Source: Fidelibacterota bacterium REDSEA-S14_B6
GTDB taxonomy: Bacteria; Fidelibacterota; Marinisomatia; Marinisomatales; S15-B10
NCBI GenBank assembly: GCA_001626655.1
Contig: LUOC01000124.1
Coordinates: forward strand, 1-45,067
Length of the DNA stretch: 45,067 nucleotides
Direction of reading: 5' to 3'
Notes under the pieces: model-generated
Told to the model about the DNA's origin: nothing
Database searches by the model: none
The model's input: the letters and a program-made list of their open reading frames with translations, nothing else
Made by a program: the position numbers and the translations under genes
In this document: positions 27,669 through 35,310 of the stretch, in pieces
How the letters are laid out: each line of letters starts with the position of its first letter
Position numbering within the stretch: the stretch's first letter is position 1

Positions 27669-28337
27669 TCATTCCATGTCCCACTTAATCCCAACAGTAG
27701 GATAGACCTGCCACCCCTCTTTAGGCAGGAAGTTCTGCGAAATCCTCGCCTCTCCCCCGATGTATATCTTAGGCGCCATTTCGTACCACAATTGCGGCTG
27801 CGATAGGACCACCACTTCCTTCCCCTCCTCGCCTCTCTTGTCCTGGGACCAGATGTCCATGAATCCGGTGATGTGAGCTTTTCCTTTGAGAAAAGGGAGA
27901 AAATAGACAAAGGTAAGCTGCCCGTCATGGCCGGACGAGCCGTAGGCAGAGCGGTAGAGCAGTTCGGCGGAGATAGTGGCAAAGCCGAGGTTTGCGGAGT
28001 GCGTAAATCCCGCCAGCCAGATGTGCCCAAGCGGGCCCCACGGCGCTACGCCATCATTAAACTGAACTGTCGCCGACAGCCCTTCCTTAAACGGAAGTTT
28101 GAAATAGCGGGCGAACTCCCAGTAACCGAGTGAGGCGCTCCTGTTCCCGGGCTGATTGTAGTCAAAATCGACAAACCAGAATGTCGCCCCCTTCTCATCA
28201 GGGCGGAACATTTCGAGTGTTGATGTAAAGTACTGTCGGTCTGAAGCTGCGTCGTAGTGGAGCTGAAGGTTCTGTCCTATGACCAGGGTGGTGAAAGCGA
28301 TGCCAGACAAAAGGAGGGTGCGAAAAGATCGCCGCAT
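27669..28337 (-). CDS. DUF5020-like / Tsx-OmpK-related outer-membrane beta-barrel protein
   Basis: Signal peptide, then QNLQLHYD...TSTLEMFRPDEKGATFWFVDFDY, QPQLWYE and terminal PTVGIKWDME. From memory this pattern matches DUF5020 and nucleoside-channel-like barrels. Confidence 0.55.
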   Translation of the reverse strand: MRRSFRTLLLSGIAFTTLVIGQNLQLHYDAASDRQYFTSTLEMFRPDEKGATFWFVDFDYNQPGNRSASLGYWEFARYFKLPFKEGLSATVQFNDGVAPWGPLGHIWLAGFTHSANLGFATISAELLYRSAYGSSGHDGQLTFVYFLPFLKGKAHITGFMDIWSQDKRGEEGKEVVVLSQPQLWYEMAPKIYIGGEARISQNFLPKEGWQVYPTVGIKWDME

Positions 28338-28370
28338 ATTTTTATTCCTGACTTGGTTTAGGTGAAAACT

Positions 28371-28919
28371 CTATCGCCGCTCAATCACCCCGCAGGCGAG
28401 GCGTGCCCCGCCGGCGCCCCCCTTCTGGCCTGTCGTCCCCAAATCAGGATCGACATGAACAATAATGGCGCTGCCGTTATCATCGAACAGGGTGAGCGGC
28501 CCATCTGAGATCGTTACTCTGCTGGTGCGGTGTTCGAACTTGGCGACTCCGTTATCGTCCGCCACAAGGTTCGGCAGGTCGCCCATGTGGAACGGGTGGT
28601 TCGCGTCCGGATTGGACATGCCGTAGGGGCCGGGGTCGAGGTGGCCACCCGCTGCACCGAAGTTCGGCTCGCACGTTCCGTTCTCATGGATGTGGCATCC
28701 GTGGACCGAGCCCGGCTCAAGTCCCGAAACCTCCACGGTAACGAGAACCGTCGGCACCACACCGTCACTGCTCTGAACTATTTCCATATGACCGGAGACG
28801 CCGGACCCCTCCGCCCCGGAGATCGTCGCAGTGGCGCGGTACAGTTCAGGCTTCTTCGCACAGCCGGAGACAAGAACCAAGAGTCCAAGAACAAAGAACC
28901 AAGTGTGTCTGTTTTTCAT
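28371..28919 (-). CDS. sodC: Cu/Zn superoxide dismutase, lipoprotein form
   Basis: Lipobox LVSGC. Metal ligand blocks GCHIHENG, GGHLDP and HMGDLPNL. C-terminal GGARLACGVI. Confidence 0.9.
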   Translation of the reverse strand: MKNRHTWFFVLGLLVLVSGCAKKPELYRATATISGAEGSGVSGHMEIVQSSDGVVPTVLVTVEVSGLEPGSVHGCHIHENGTCEPNFGAAGGHLDPGPYGMSNPDANHPFHMGDLPNLVADDNGVAKFEHRTSRVTISDGPLTLFDDNGSAIIVHVDPDLGTTGQKGGAGGARLACGVIERR

Positions 28920-28993
28920 TTTACCTGTGCCTCATGAATGGTGGGAAGTTTAGGGCACTCTCCTCACTGAAGGAAGGGTAAATTCCCGTTGAG

Positions 28994-29992
28994 ATGAAAA
29001 TCGGTTCCGTTCAGATCGGTTCACCGGTGCTCCTCGCTCCCATGGCCGGCGTCACCGACTACGCCTTTCGCATTCTCTGTAAAGAGATGGGCGCTGGCGT
29101 GGTCTACTCCGAGTTCGTCTCCGCCGACGGCATCATTCGGGAAAATCAGAAGACGCTGGACCTTATTCGCTTCCAGGAAGAAGAGCGCCCCATCGGCATC
29201 CAGATTTTCGGGAGCTCGCCAAAAGTTATGAGCGGAGCGGCGCAGTACGTTGCTGATAACTTCCAGCCCGATATTCTCGACATCAACTACGGCTGTCCCG
29301 TCCCCAAGGTGACGAAGCGAGGCGCCGGCTCGGCGGCCCTGAAGGACCTCTGCCTCATGGACGAGATCACCGCCGCCGTGGTGGAGGCCGTTCCTGAACT
29401 CCCGGTGACGGTGAAGATGCGTGCCGGATGGAACAACAGTTCAATTGTCGTTCCCGAGGCTGGGGAGCGCCTGGAAAAGATCGGCGTGAAGGCCATCGCT
29501 CTCCATCCTCGCACCACCGTTCAGTCATACACGGGCAAGGCAGACTGGACACTCATCCGTGAACTGAAACAGGCCGTCTCCATTCCGGTCATTGGCAACG
29601 GCGACGTCTCCACGCCGGAGCGGGTGGTGGAGATGTTCGAGGAGACAGGCTGTGACGCCGTGATGGTGGGGCGCGGCGCTCTCGGCAATCCGTGGTTCTT
29701 CAAGCAGGCCTTATCCGCCATTGGACAGGCGCGCTTGCCTGACCTTCCATCAATCGCCGAAAGGATAGAAATGTGCCGCCGGCACTTCGCTCTGCTTCTA
29801 GAAGACAGGGGAGAACGGTGGGGGATGAACCTGATGCGGAAGCATTTTGGGTGGTATATCCGGGGCTTCCCCGGCGCCGCTGCCGTTCGCCAGAACCTTG
29901 TGACGGCTGAAGGGGTCAGAGACATGAAGCGGGAGCTAGATCAGCTCCGGACCGTGCATGCCGCTGAATTTCTGCAGGCTGTCGCAGACTAG
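28994..29992 (+). CDS. dusB: tRNA-dihydrouridine synthase
   Basis: LAPMAGVTDYAFR, INYGCP, VTVKMRAGW, HPRT and GNGDV motifs. Confidence 0.9.
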   Translation: MKIGSVQIGSPVLLAPMAGVTDYAFRILCKEMGAGVVYSEFVSADGIIRENQKTLDLIRFQEEERPIGIQIFGSSPKVMSGAAQYVADNFQPDILDINYGCPVPKVTKRGAGSAALKDLCLMDEITAAVVEAVPELPVTVKMRAGWNNSSIVVPEAGERLEKIGVKAIALHPRTTVQSYTGKADWTLIRELKQAVSIPVIGNGDVSTPERVVEMFEETGCDAVMVGRGALGNPWFFKQALSAIGQARLPDLPSIAERIEMCRRHFALLLEDRGERWGMNLMRKHFGWYIRGFPGAAAVRQNLVTAEGVRDMKRELDQLRTVHAAEFLQAVAD

Positions 29993-30010
29993 GTAACCGG
30001 CCGCCTCTCT

Positions 30011-30955
30011 CTACTTACACCCCTCCTTGAGAAGCGGATACACCCCCTGGAAGCCTGTTGTTTCTATGGAGAAAATCCTCGGGCCTCCCTCGGCAAATAC
30101 AAATAGGTGTATATAGACCTCCAGCAACACGTCAATAAAATCACTGCTCTCTCCAAAAAGCATATAGCCCCCTGCCGCCGCCCCGGTATAGCCGAATTCA
30201 AACGCTCGCTCATCGGTCGTCACTGACACCCATCGATACCAGCTGGGATGATCTTGGTTTGCCTCGCCCCCCTTGTCTCCCCAAACATATTCACCCATAC
30301 TCATGTTGGACGATTGAAAGCCTGCCGGTGCGACGTACATCCATACGCTCAATTCTGACTTGTTGCCATAACTAAAGCAGTTCACGCTAAGTCCTACCGT
30401 TTCGTGACTGTCGTCCTCCCGGGGATGGAGGGAAACATCGCTTGTATATATCACACCGGCCGAATACATCCCTCCTCTCTCATTCCATCCCCAGTTGGCC
30501 CGCGGCTTGGTATATAAGTTTACTTTCTTAGAATCCGATGCAAGCTCCCTGTTTCGCTTTATCGAGAGTTGAGAAATCTCATTCTTGATCTTGTTATGCT
30601 CCTGTTCTATTTCACTAAGTTGCTTCTCCAACTCTGGGATAACTGTGCTGTATATTGAATCTATCCTGGCCTGATTGGTTGTCCTTATTTGCTGTAGCGC
30701 TGCATATTCTTTGGCCGACAGCTTGCTCATGCTATCATCCATGAGTTTGTTAAAGGCCTTGTCTCTTTCAGCGCCGAGCCTGTAAGCCTCTCTCTTGCTT
30801 TTCTGGGTTTGACTTCTCACTTCTCTCTCATGCTCAGACTTAATGATCTCAAGCTTTTTCAGTGAATCAATTTCTGCTTGAATGCCTGTCTGTCCCGATG
30901 AGGCTCCAACCAGAACGAAAAAAAGAACGGCCTGTAAACGGATAAACTGGTTCAT
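30011..30955 (-). CDS. secreted hypothetical protein: N-terminal coiled coil and C-terminal beta-rich domain
   Basis: Signal peptide MNQFIRLQAVLFFVLVGASSG. About 130 aa are K/E/Q-rich heptad-like sequence. The C-terminal half is unassigned. GC is lower than the core genes (hand-sampled 40-58%). Confidence 0.5.
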   Translation of the reverse strand: MNQFIRLQAVLFFVLVGASSGQTGIQAEIDSLKKLEIIKSEHEREVRSQTQKSKREAYRLGAERDKAFNKLMDDSMSKLSAKEYAALQQIRTTNQARIDSIYSTVIPELEKQLSEIEQEHNKIKNEISQLSIKRNRELASDSKKVNLYTKPRANWGWNERGGMYSAGVIYTSDVSLHPREDDSHETVGLSVNCFSYGNKSELSVWMYVAPAGFQSSNMSMGEYVWGDKGGEANQDHPSWYRWVSVTTDERAFEFGYTGAAAGGYMLFGESSDFIDVLLEVYIHLFVFAEGGPRIFSIETTGFQGVYPLLKEGCK

Positions 30956-31065
30956 ACGAGGGGCTCTTTCCATCTGTTAAGTGGTTGTTTTTGTCAAGCT
31001 GAGTCTACTCCAAGAATGGTTCTCTGGTGAGCATACGGCTGGGCCCACTGCCGCTTTTCATCGAT

Positions 31066-31293
31066 TCACAACGACCCTGTGATCTCCAGCAAAACCGCCA
31101 GAAACTCAATAGCGGCCATTTCCTTCACATTGGGGAATATCTTTTCAGTAAGAGAGCCATCTCCGGGACCGATTTCCAAAATTGAATCATCCTTTTGCGG
31201 TCCCACTGTACGGACAATCCGATCCAAAAGGTTGGTGTCTGTGAGGAAGTTTTGACCCCACTTTTTTCGAAATGGATGATCTGTTTTATTCAA
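31066..31293 (-). pseudogene. rsmA: remnant: first ~60 codons of 16S rRNA dimethyladenosine transferase (rsmA/ksgA) fused in frame to a DUF6090-like TM-helix fragment
   Basis: FRKKWGQNFL and EIGPGDGSLT (SAM motif) are diagnostic of KsgA, but the remaining ~200 aa are absent. The tail IEFLAVLLEITGSL matches 13/14 residues of the 36932-37621 product. Confidence 0.7.
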
Positions 31294-32135
31294 TTTATAT
31301 CCAAGCGATCTAAGGGACTTTTGATCCGTTCAAATGCAATTTTGGAAATATGGGTATAAATCTGAGTTGTTTCTAATCTTTTGTGACCCAATAACTCTTG
31401 AATAAAACGAATATCAGTACCATTCTCCAATAAGTGAGTTGCAAAACTATGCCGTAAAGTATGGACGGTGGCATGTTTCTTTATGCCAGCTTTTTTTACA
31501 GCTTTTTTCATGATTGCCTGTACAGAACTGGGACTGTACTTGCCGCCCTTTTGGCCTTCAAACACAAATTCTTTGGGTCGATATTCACCATAATATTGAT
31601 TTAATACTTTTTTCAGTGATTGTGATAAAACTGACTGTCTATCCTTTCTTCCCTTACCTTGTTTTACAGTGATTAAACCTCGATCAAAGTCAATATCTTT
31701 TATTTGAAGAGATAACAATTCATTTAATCGAAGACCGGACGAATAAATAGTCATCAAAATGGCTTTATGCTTTAGATTGGTGATCCCATTAAATATTTTG
31801 GCTACTTCTGATTCTGACAATACAACCGGTATTTTTTCTTCCTTTCGAAAACGAACTTGTAGAGAATCGGGTATATCACGATTTAAAATATCTGTATAAA
31901 TAAATTTTAGGGATGCGATCGTTTGCTTCATGGATGAGATGGATCGTTTTTCTGATTGCTTTAAATGATATAAATATTTTTCAACGCATTCATCATTAAC
32001 CTGTGTAACTTTTTCTGTAATAAGCCAATTCGCAAAATGATTTATGGCTGACAAATAGGATGCGATCGTTTGTTCGCTGTAATTTCTAATACGAAGTTTT
32101 TGTTTGGCTTTTTTTAATAAATCTGCTTTTAACAT
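31290..32135 (-). CDS. tyrosine site-specific recombinase, integron-integrase-like (SAM-like N-domain + catalytic domain) but lacking the IntI-specific insertion
   Basis: YSEQTIASYLSAINHFANWL (core-binding domain). Catalytic R (SGLRLNEL), KGRKDR, HTLRHSFATHLLENGTDIRFIQELLGHKRLETTQIYTH. C-terminal IKSPLD as in IntI1 (VRSPLD). AT-rich, with no Shine-Dalgarno upstream of ATG 32135. Confidence 0.85.
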   Translation of the reverse strand: MLKADLLKKAKQKLRIRNYSEQTIASYLSAINHFANWLITEKVTQVNDECVEKYLYHLKQSEKRSISSMKQTIASLKFIYTDILNRDIPDSLQVRFRKEEKIPVVLSESEVAKIFNGITNLKHKAILMTIYSSGLRLNELLSLQIKDIDFDRGLITVKQGKGRKDRQSVLSQSLKKVLNQYYGEYRPKEFVFEGQKGGKYSPSSVQAIMKKAVKKAGIKKHATVHTLRHSFATHLLENGTDIRFIQELLGHKRLETTQIYTHISKIAFERIKSPLDRLDIN

Positions 32136-32175
32136 AAATATGCGGTTAAAACATAGTTCTAAACTAAAGAGTAAA

Positions 32176-32206
32176 CCTGCTAAACGCAATAATTGGGTTT
32201 AGCAAG
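32176..32206. repeat. inverted repeat CCTGCTAAAC N11 GTTTAGCAAG between the recombinase and the first cassette-like gene (candidate recombination site)
   Basis: 9 of 10 positions are complementary. The arms resemble integron core sequences (RYYYAAC / GTTRRRY), each with one deviation. Confidence 0.35.
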
Positions 32207-32252
32207 ATGTTGTGTGTAATTATAACGAACTCAACCATTTTCATTTAATTTT

Positions 32253-33041
32253 ATGCAAAACCAACAGATTAAAGCAGTCCTTAAGAAAAACTTTTCGAAC
32301 GATGAGTTAATCAAGGTCGTTGAACTAAAGGGTGGCGTTTCTCATAATGTTTCGTTACTGACAACTAAGACCATCAATGGGAAGCAAAGAACCCTCGTTT
32401 TGAAGTGTTTTGAAGGATTTGAGTGGAAAAATGCCGCTAATCATAATTCGAAGCGAGAGTTTGAAATTCTTCAGTATCTCAAAGAAAAGGGATTTAAAGT
32501 GCCCAAAACCTATTCTTTTGACAACTCATTAGCCATTCTCTCAACCCCATATTTTATAATGGATTTCGTTGAAGGGGACACTGAAACAGAATTGAACTCA
32601 TCGCCAGAAAGAGTTAGAACAATGGCTCTTTTTTTAGCCTCACTTCATAAGCTAAATACCAAAGGTTTCGCACATCTTCAAATAGAGAGTTTAGAATCAC
32701 CATTAGAAGGATGCTTTGAGTTTTTACCAAAAATAACTGGAATCGATAACTATAAGCAACTAGTTCAGAAGTTAGAATCCTTTAAAATGCAAGAAAACAC
32801 CAAATTGGTTTTAAATCATGGTGATTTTTGGCCTAATAATATCATTTGGAAAGATAGAGAGATTGCCGCTGTTATTGATTGGGAAGATGCTTCTATAGGT
32901 GACCCAATGGCTGATTTTGCAACAGCCCGTATAGAGCTTTTCTGTATGTATGGGAAAGATGTTACTGATTTATTTTCAGAAGAATATCTAACCGAATCGA
33001 AATTTGATACAGGAAGTTTACCCATTTGGGAAGCAGAATAA
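32253..33041 (+). CDS. phosphotransferase (APH / choline-kinase-like) family protein
   Basis: Brenner/catalytic motif LNHGDFWPNNIIW and Mg-binding VIDWEDASIGDPMADFA. AT-rich, with no Shine-Dalgarno. Confidence 0.75.
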   Translation: MQNQQIKAVLKKNFSNDELIKVVELKGGVSHNVSLLTTKTINGKQRTLVLKCFEGFEWKNAANHNSKREFEILQYLKEKGFKVPKTYSFDNSLAILSTPYFIMDFVEGDTETELNSSPERVRTMALFLASLHKLNTKGFAHLQIESLESPLEGCFEFLPKITGIDNYKQLVQKLESFKMQENTKLVLNHGDFWPNNIIWKDREIAAVIDWEDASIGDPMADFATARIELFCMYGKDVTDLFSEEYLTESKFDTGSLPIWEAE

Positions 33042-33157
33042 ATTAAAACGACTAGAAGCGACAACAATTTATTTGAATAATACGATAAACAATTTTCTTT
33101 TAAACTAACCTGAAATAACAGAGTTGAAAAGAAGAAAAAAAATACACACAACAACAC

Positions 33158-33191
33158 CTATACGCAATGCCCTTCGGGACACTGCGCATAG
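33158..33191. repeat. imperfect 15-bp hairpin with UUCG loop, flanked by CAAC ... GTTG (attC-like or terminator)
   Basis: CTATACGCAATGCCC ttcg GGACACTGCGCATAG gives 12 of 15 pairs with three mismatches. CAACAAC lies upstream (33149-33155) and GTTGCAAG downstream (33199-33206). Confidence 0.35.
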
Positions 33192-33220
33192 CCAAACCGT
33201 TGCAAGCAAAAGGAATTAAA

Positions 33221-33415
33221 ATGAAATTTCGAGAAGCAAATAGAAACGATATCTTTGAAATTGTAAAAATGATAGCACATGACAAGCTTGGTAAATTAAG
33301 AGAAGATTTTAGAGACCCATTGCCGGATAAATATTATGCTGCCTTTGATAACATCCATAAGGATGACAATCAGGAATTAATAGTGCTTGAAAATGATAAA
33401 AGAGAAATAATTGAA
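33221..33415 (+). pseudogene. 3'-truncated GNAT family N-acetyltransferase (first ~64 codons only)
   Basis: MKFREANRNDIFEIVKMIAHDKLGKLRE...DNQELIVLENDKREII is a GNAT N-terminus. Homology and low GC both stop at about 33412. The ORF then runs antisense through the neighbouring gene. Confidence 0.65.
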
Positions 33416-33421
33416 CCCCTC

Positions 33422-34426
33422 TCACGGCTTCTTCACCCACATCAAATCGATGACCACGGCACCATGATCCGAGGGGAATTGCCGCTCTTCTCTCGAGATT
33501 ACATCATCTTCCCACACGTGGGGCAGTACATATCCTGAAACGGGGCGCAATGTCCAACCGCTGCCTTTGTCCGGATTTTTTATATAGAGTCTGTCAATCC
33601 GATCGAAGGATTGTGCCGTTCCCGTTTCTCCCGGCTGTGGACCTCGATACATGGGGGACCAAGTAATCCCCGGGTGCTGCACAGGGTTGGGATGGACAGT
33701 CCTGTATGTATCCTCAAAACCGTGATCGATCATGGCTTTACTCACGGGCAAAGGGAGGTTTCGCCGATGTTTAAAAACCCGTTCCGTATCCAAGGTCCAA
33801 TCCAAGTGGGATGGGCAATTCCAATCACCGCCCACCAGCAATGGAATATCCACAGACAGATGCCCTTCATCTTTGATATGGGCAAGGAGCGCCTCCACCT
33901 CTTTCAGGCGGTTCGACCGCTCCGTTTCTGCGGCCCGTAGCTGGGTATCATCCATGGTGGGGTTATCGCGAATTTCATATCCGATGAATGCACGGTAGTC
34001 CAGCCAAATGCTCCATGCAATAAACTCACGCTGTTGTGCATCTTTCAGGCGGGCACCCACCCCATGCCATTTATCATGGAAATATTCTGTATCAATCTCA
34101 AGTGGGGTCAGCACGCACAAATGGGTGCTCTCACCCTGGTACTGATTCCAGCCCAGTTCACCGGCGAGCCACGCGCCTAGATGGGGCCTGTCGTCCTTAA
34201 TATCGTAGCTTTCTTGCAGTAGAACGATATCCGGATTTTCACTGCGGATGACCGCCAGGGCTTTTTCTGCACCTTGGTTTACATCGTTTCCGCCACGGAG
34301 GACATTCCAAACCATGACCCGCAATCCATCACGAGGTGGGTTTGGTGAATCATTTTCCGCAAAAGAGATTGAAGTTAATATGAAGAAAAGAATTCCAATC
34401 CGGAAGTGGGATAAAATGTTTTTCAT
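33422..34426 (-). CDS. secreted endonuclease/exonuclease/phosphatase (EEP) family protein
   Basis: Signal peptide. Motifs VMVWNVLRGGN, PDIVLLQE, GGDWNCPSHLDW and FPSDHGAVV. I chose ATG 34426 (GGAG 6 nt upstream). Confidence 0.8.
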   Translation of the reverse strand: MKNILSHFRIGILFFILTSISFAENDSPNPPRDGLRVMVWNVLRGGNDVNQGAEKALAVIRSENPDIVLLQESYDIKDDRPHLGAWLAGELGWNQYQGESTHLCVLTPLEIDTEYFHDKWHGVGARLKDAQQREFIAWSIWLDYRAFIGYEIRDNPTMDDTQLRAAETERSNRLKEVEALLAHIKDEGHLSVDIPLLVGGDWNCPSHLDWTLDTERVFKHRRNLPLPVSKAMIDHGFEDTYRTVHPNPVQHPGITWSPMYRGPQPGETGTAQSFDRIDRLYIKNPDKGSGWTLRPVSGYVLPHVWEDDVISREERQFPSDHGAVVIDLMWVKKP

Positions 34427-34450
34427 GCTCAACTCCATTTATATAATCAA

Positions 34451-34564
34451 AACCACCCCAACTCTTTTAACTAACCCTGATTGCGTTACACATCCTCCCC
34501 TCCTTATCTAAGGAGGGGAGTGCCGACTGCCAGTCTATGCACGACTGGCTGGACAGGGGTGGTT
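34451..34564. repeat. nested palindromic intergenic element: outer 9-bp stem, perfect 12-bp hairpin and a 7-bp hairpin
   Basis: AACCACCCC (34451-59) pairs with GGGGTGGTT (34556-64). CTCCCCTCCTTA tc TAAGGAGGGGAG spans 34495-34520. GCCAGTC N7 GACTGGC spans 34529-34549. Confidence 0.45.
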
Positions 34565-34587
34565 AATTATCAATCGGTTGCCGATCT

Positions 34588-35295
34588 CTAGTTCCCGATT
34601 TCATTCTTCGTTAAGGATAGAGCCGTTAGATAGGATTTTTCAATATCCTTCAGTTGGCGGGTGTACATATTCCCATAGAGGTTCGCCTGAGAGAGCAGTC
34701 CATAAAAGGCGTTCGACATATAATAGGAGCGGTTGAACTTGTATTGATTGAGTGTCCGGCTTCCGTAGAATGCGCCATCAAAGGAGTGGTAATTAAAGCT
34801 GATTCGAAACTCCTCCAATATCGTGTTCCGGAACCCAATATTAAAATGGTCTATTTCTGTGGATGTGGCATAATTACGATCCTTCTGGTGATTGTACATC
34901 TCCAGCAGAATATTTTTTAGTTCCACATTTTTGATGAGCTCGAACGCACCCGTGGAAATCAACTGGTTAAAGATGCCGTCCTGTGGAAAGAATGAAAAAC
35001 CTACCTCAATATCCAACAGCTTATTCAATATTTCAGGATCGGTATAGATGGTGTGATTTTGATCAATATCGCTTTGAATCTCTGTAATGAGCTGGTCCGA
35101 TTGATACAACGTTTCAAGAAGTTTGTTGATCTGGTCGATGTCCATCTCCAGTGTATTGCTTAGATCGTGTAAATACTGGTCTTTCTTTTGTTCATTCTCA
35201 TTCTCGGTCTGCTGGCCTTCAGCATAGAAGGATAAGCCGATGCCCAAGAAAACGGCTATAAATTCGATCCCCCCTCTGGTTAAGATATTTTTCAT
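34588..35295 (-). CDS. DUF6090-like single-pass membrane protein (paralog C)
   Basis: MKNILTRGGIEFIAVFLGIGLSFYAE (short N-tail plus TM helix), then a helical Q/E/N-rich domain. Start is ATG 35295 after GGAGG. About 40% GC. Confidence 0.5.
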   Translation of the reverse strand: MKNILTRGGIEFIAVFLGIGLSFYAEGQQTENENEQKKDQYLHDLSNTLEMDIDQINKLLETLYQSDQLITEIQSDIDQNHTIYTDPEILNKLLDIEVGFSFFPQDGIFNQLISTGAFELIKNVELKNILLEMYNHQKDRNYATSTEIDHFNIGFRNTILEEFRISFNYHSFDGAFYGSRTLNQYKFNRSYYMSNAFYGLLSQANLYGNMYTRQLKDIEKSYLTALSLTKNEIGN

Positions 35296-35310
35296 GTTGT
35301 CCTCCATTGT

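Larger units (their letters stand above)
31290..33415. mobile_element. low-GC foreign block (recombinase + kinase + truncated GNAT); possible integron-like or integrative-element remnant
   Basis: Hand counts of 60-nt lines give 32% (31681), 37% (32281) and 20% (33061) inside, against 60% (29941) and 50% (33481) outside. There are gene truncations at both edges. Confidence 0.5.

Noticed and set aside
31290-32135. Calling the recombinase a canonical integron integrase (IntI)
   Set aside because: It is similar end to end, including the terminal SPLD. However, the segment between KGRKDR and HTLRHSFA is only about 58 aa, so the IntI-specific additional domain that defines true IntI appears to be absent. 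I kept it as 'integron-integrase-like'.
31287-33414. Possible terminal inverted repeat of the low-GC block (TTCAATT at the left edge, AATTGAA at the right edge)
   Set aside because: Only 7 bp match in very AT-rich sequence, and no flanking direct repeat (target-site duplication) is seen. The evidence is insufficient.
34529-34549. tRNA-like anticodon stem-loop (7-nt loop) near the recombinase region
   Set aside because: The stem is 7-9 bp rather than 5. The loop lacks the U33/purine-37 pattern on either strand, and no T-loop (GTTCRA) or acceptor pairing is nearby.
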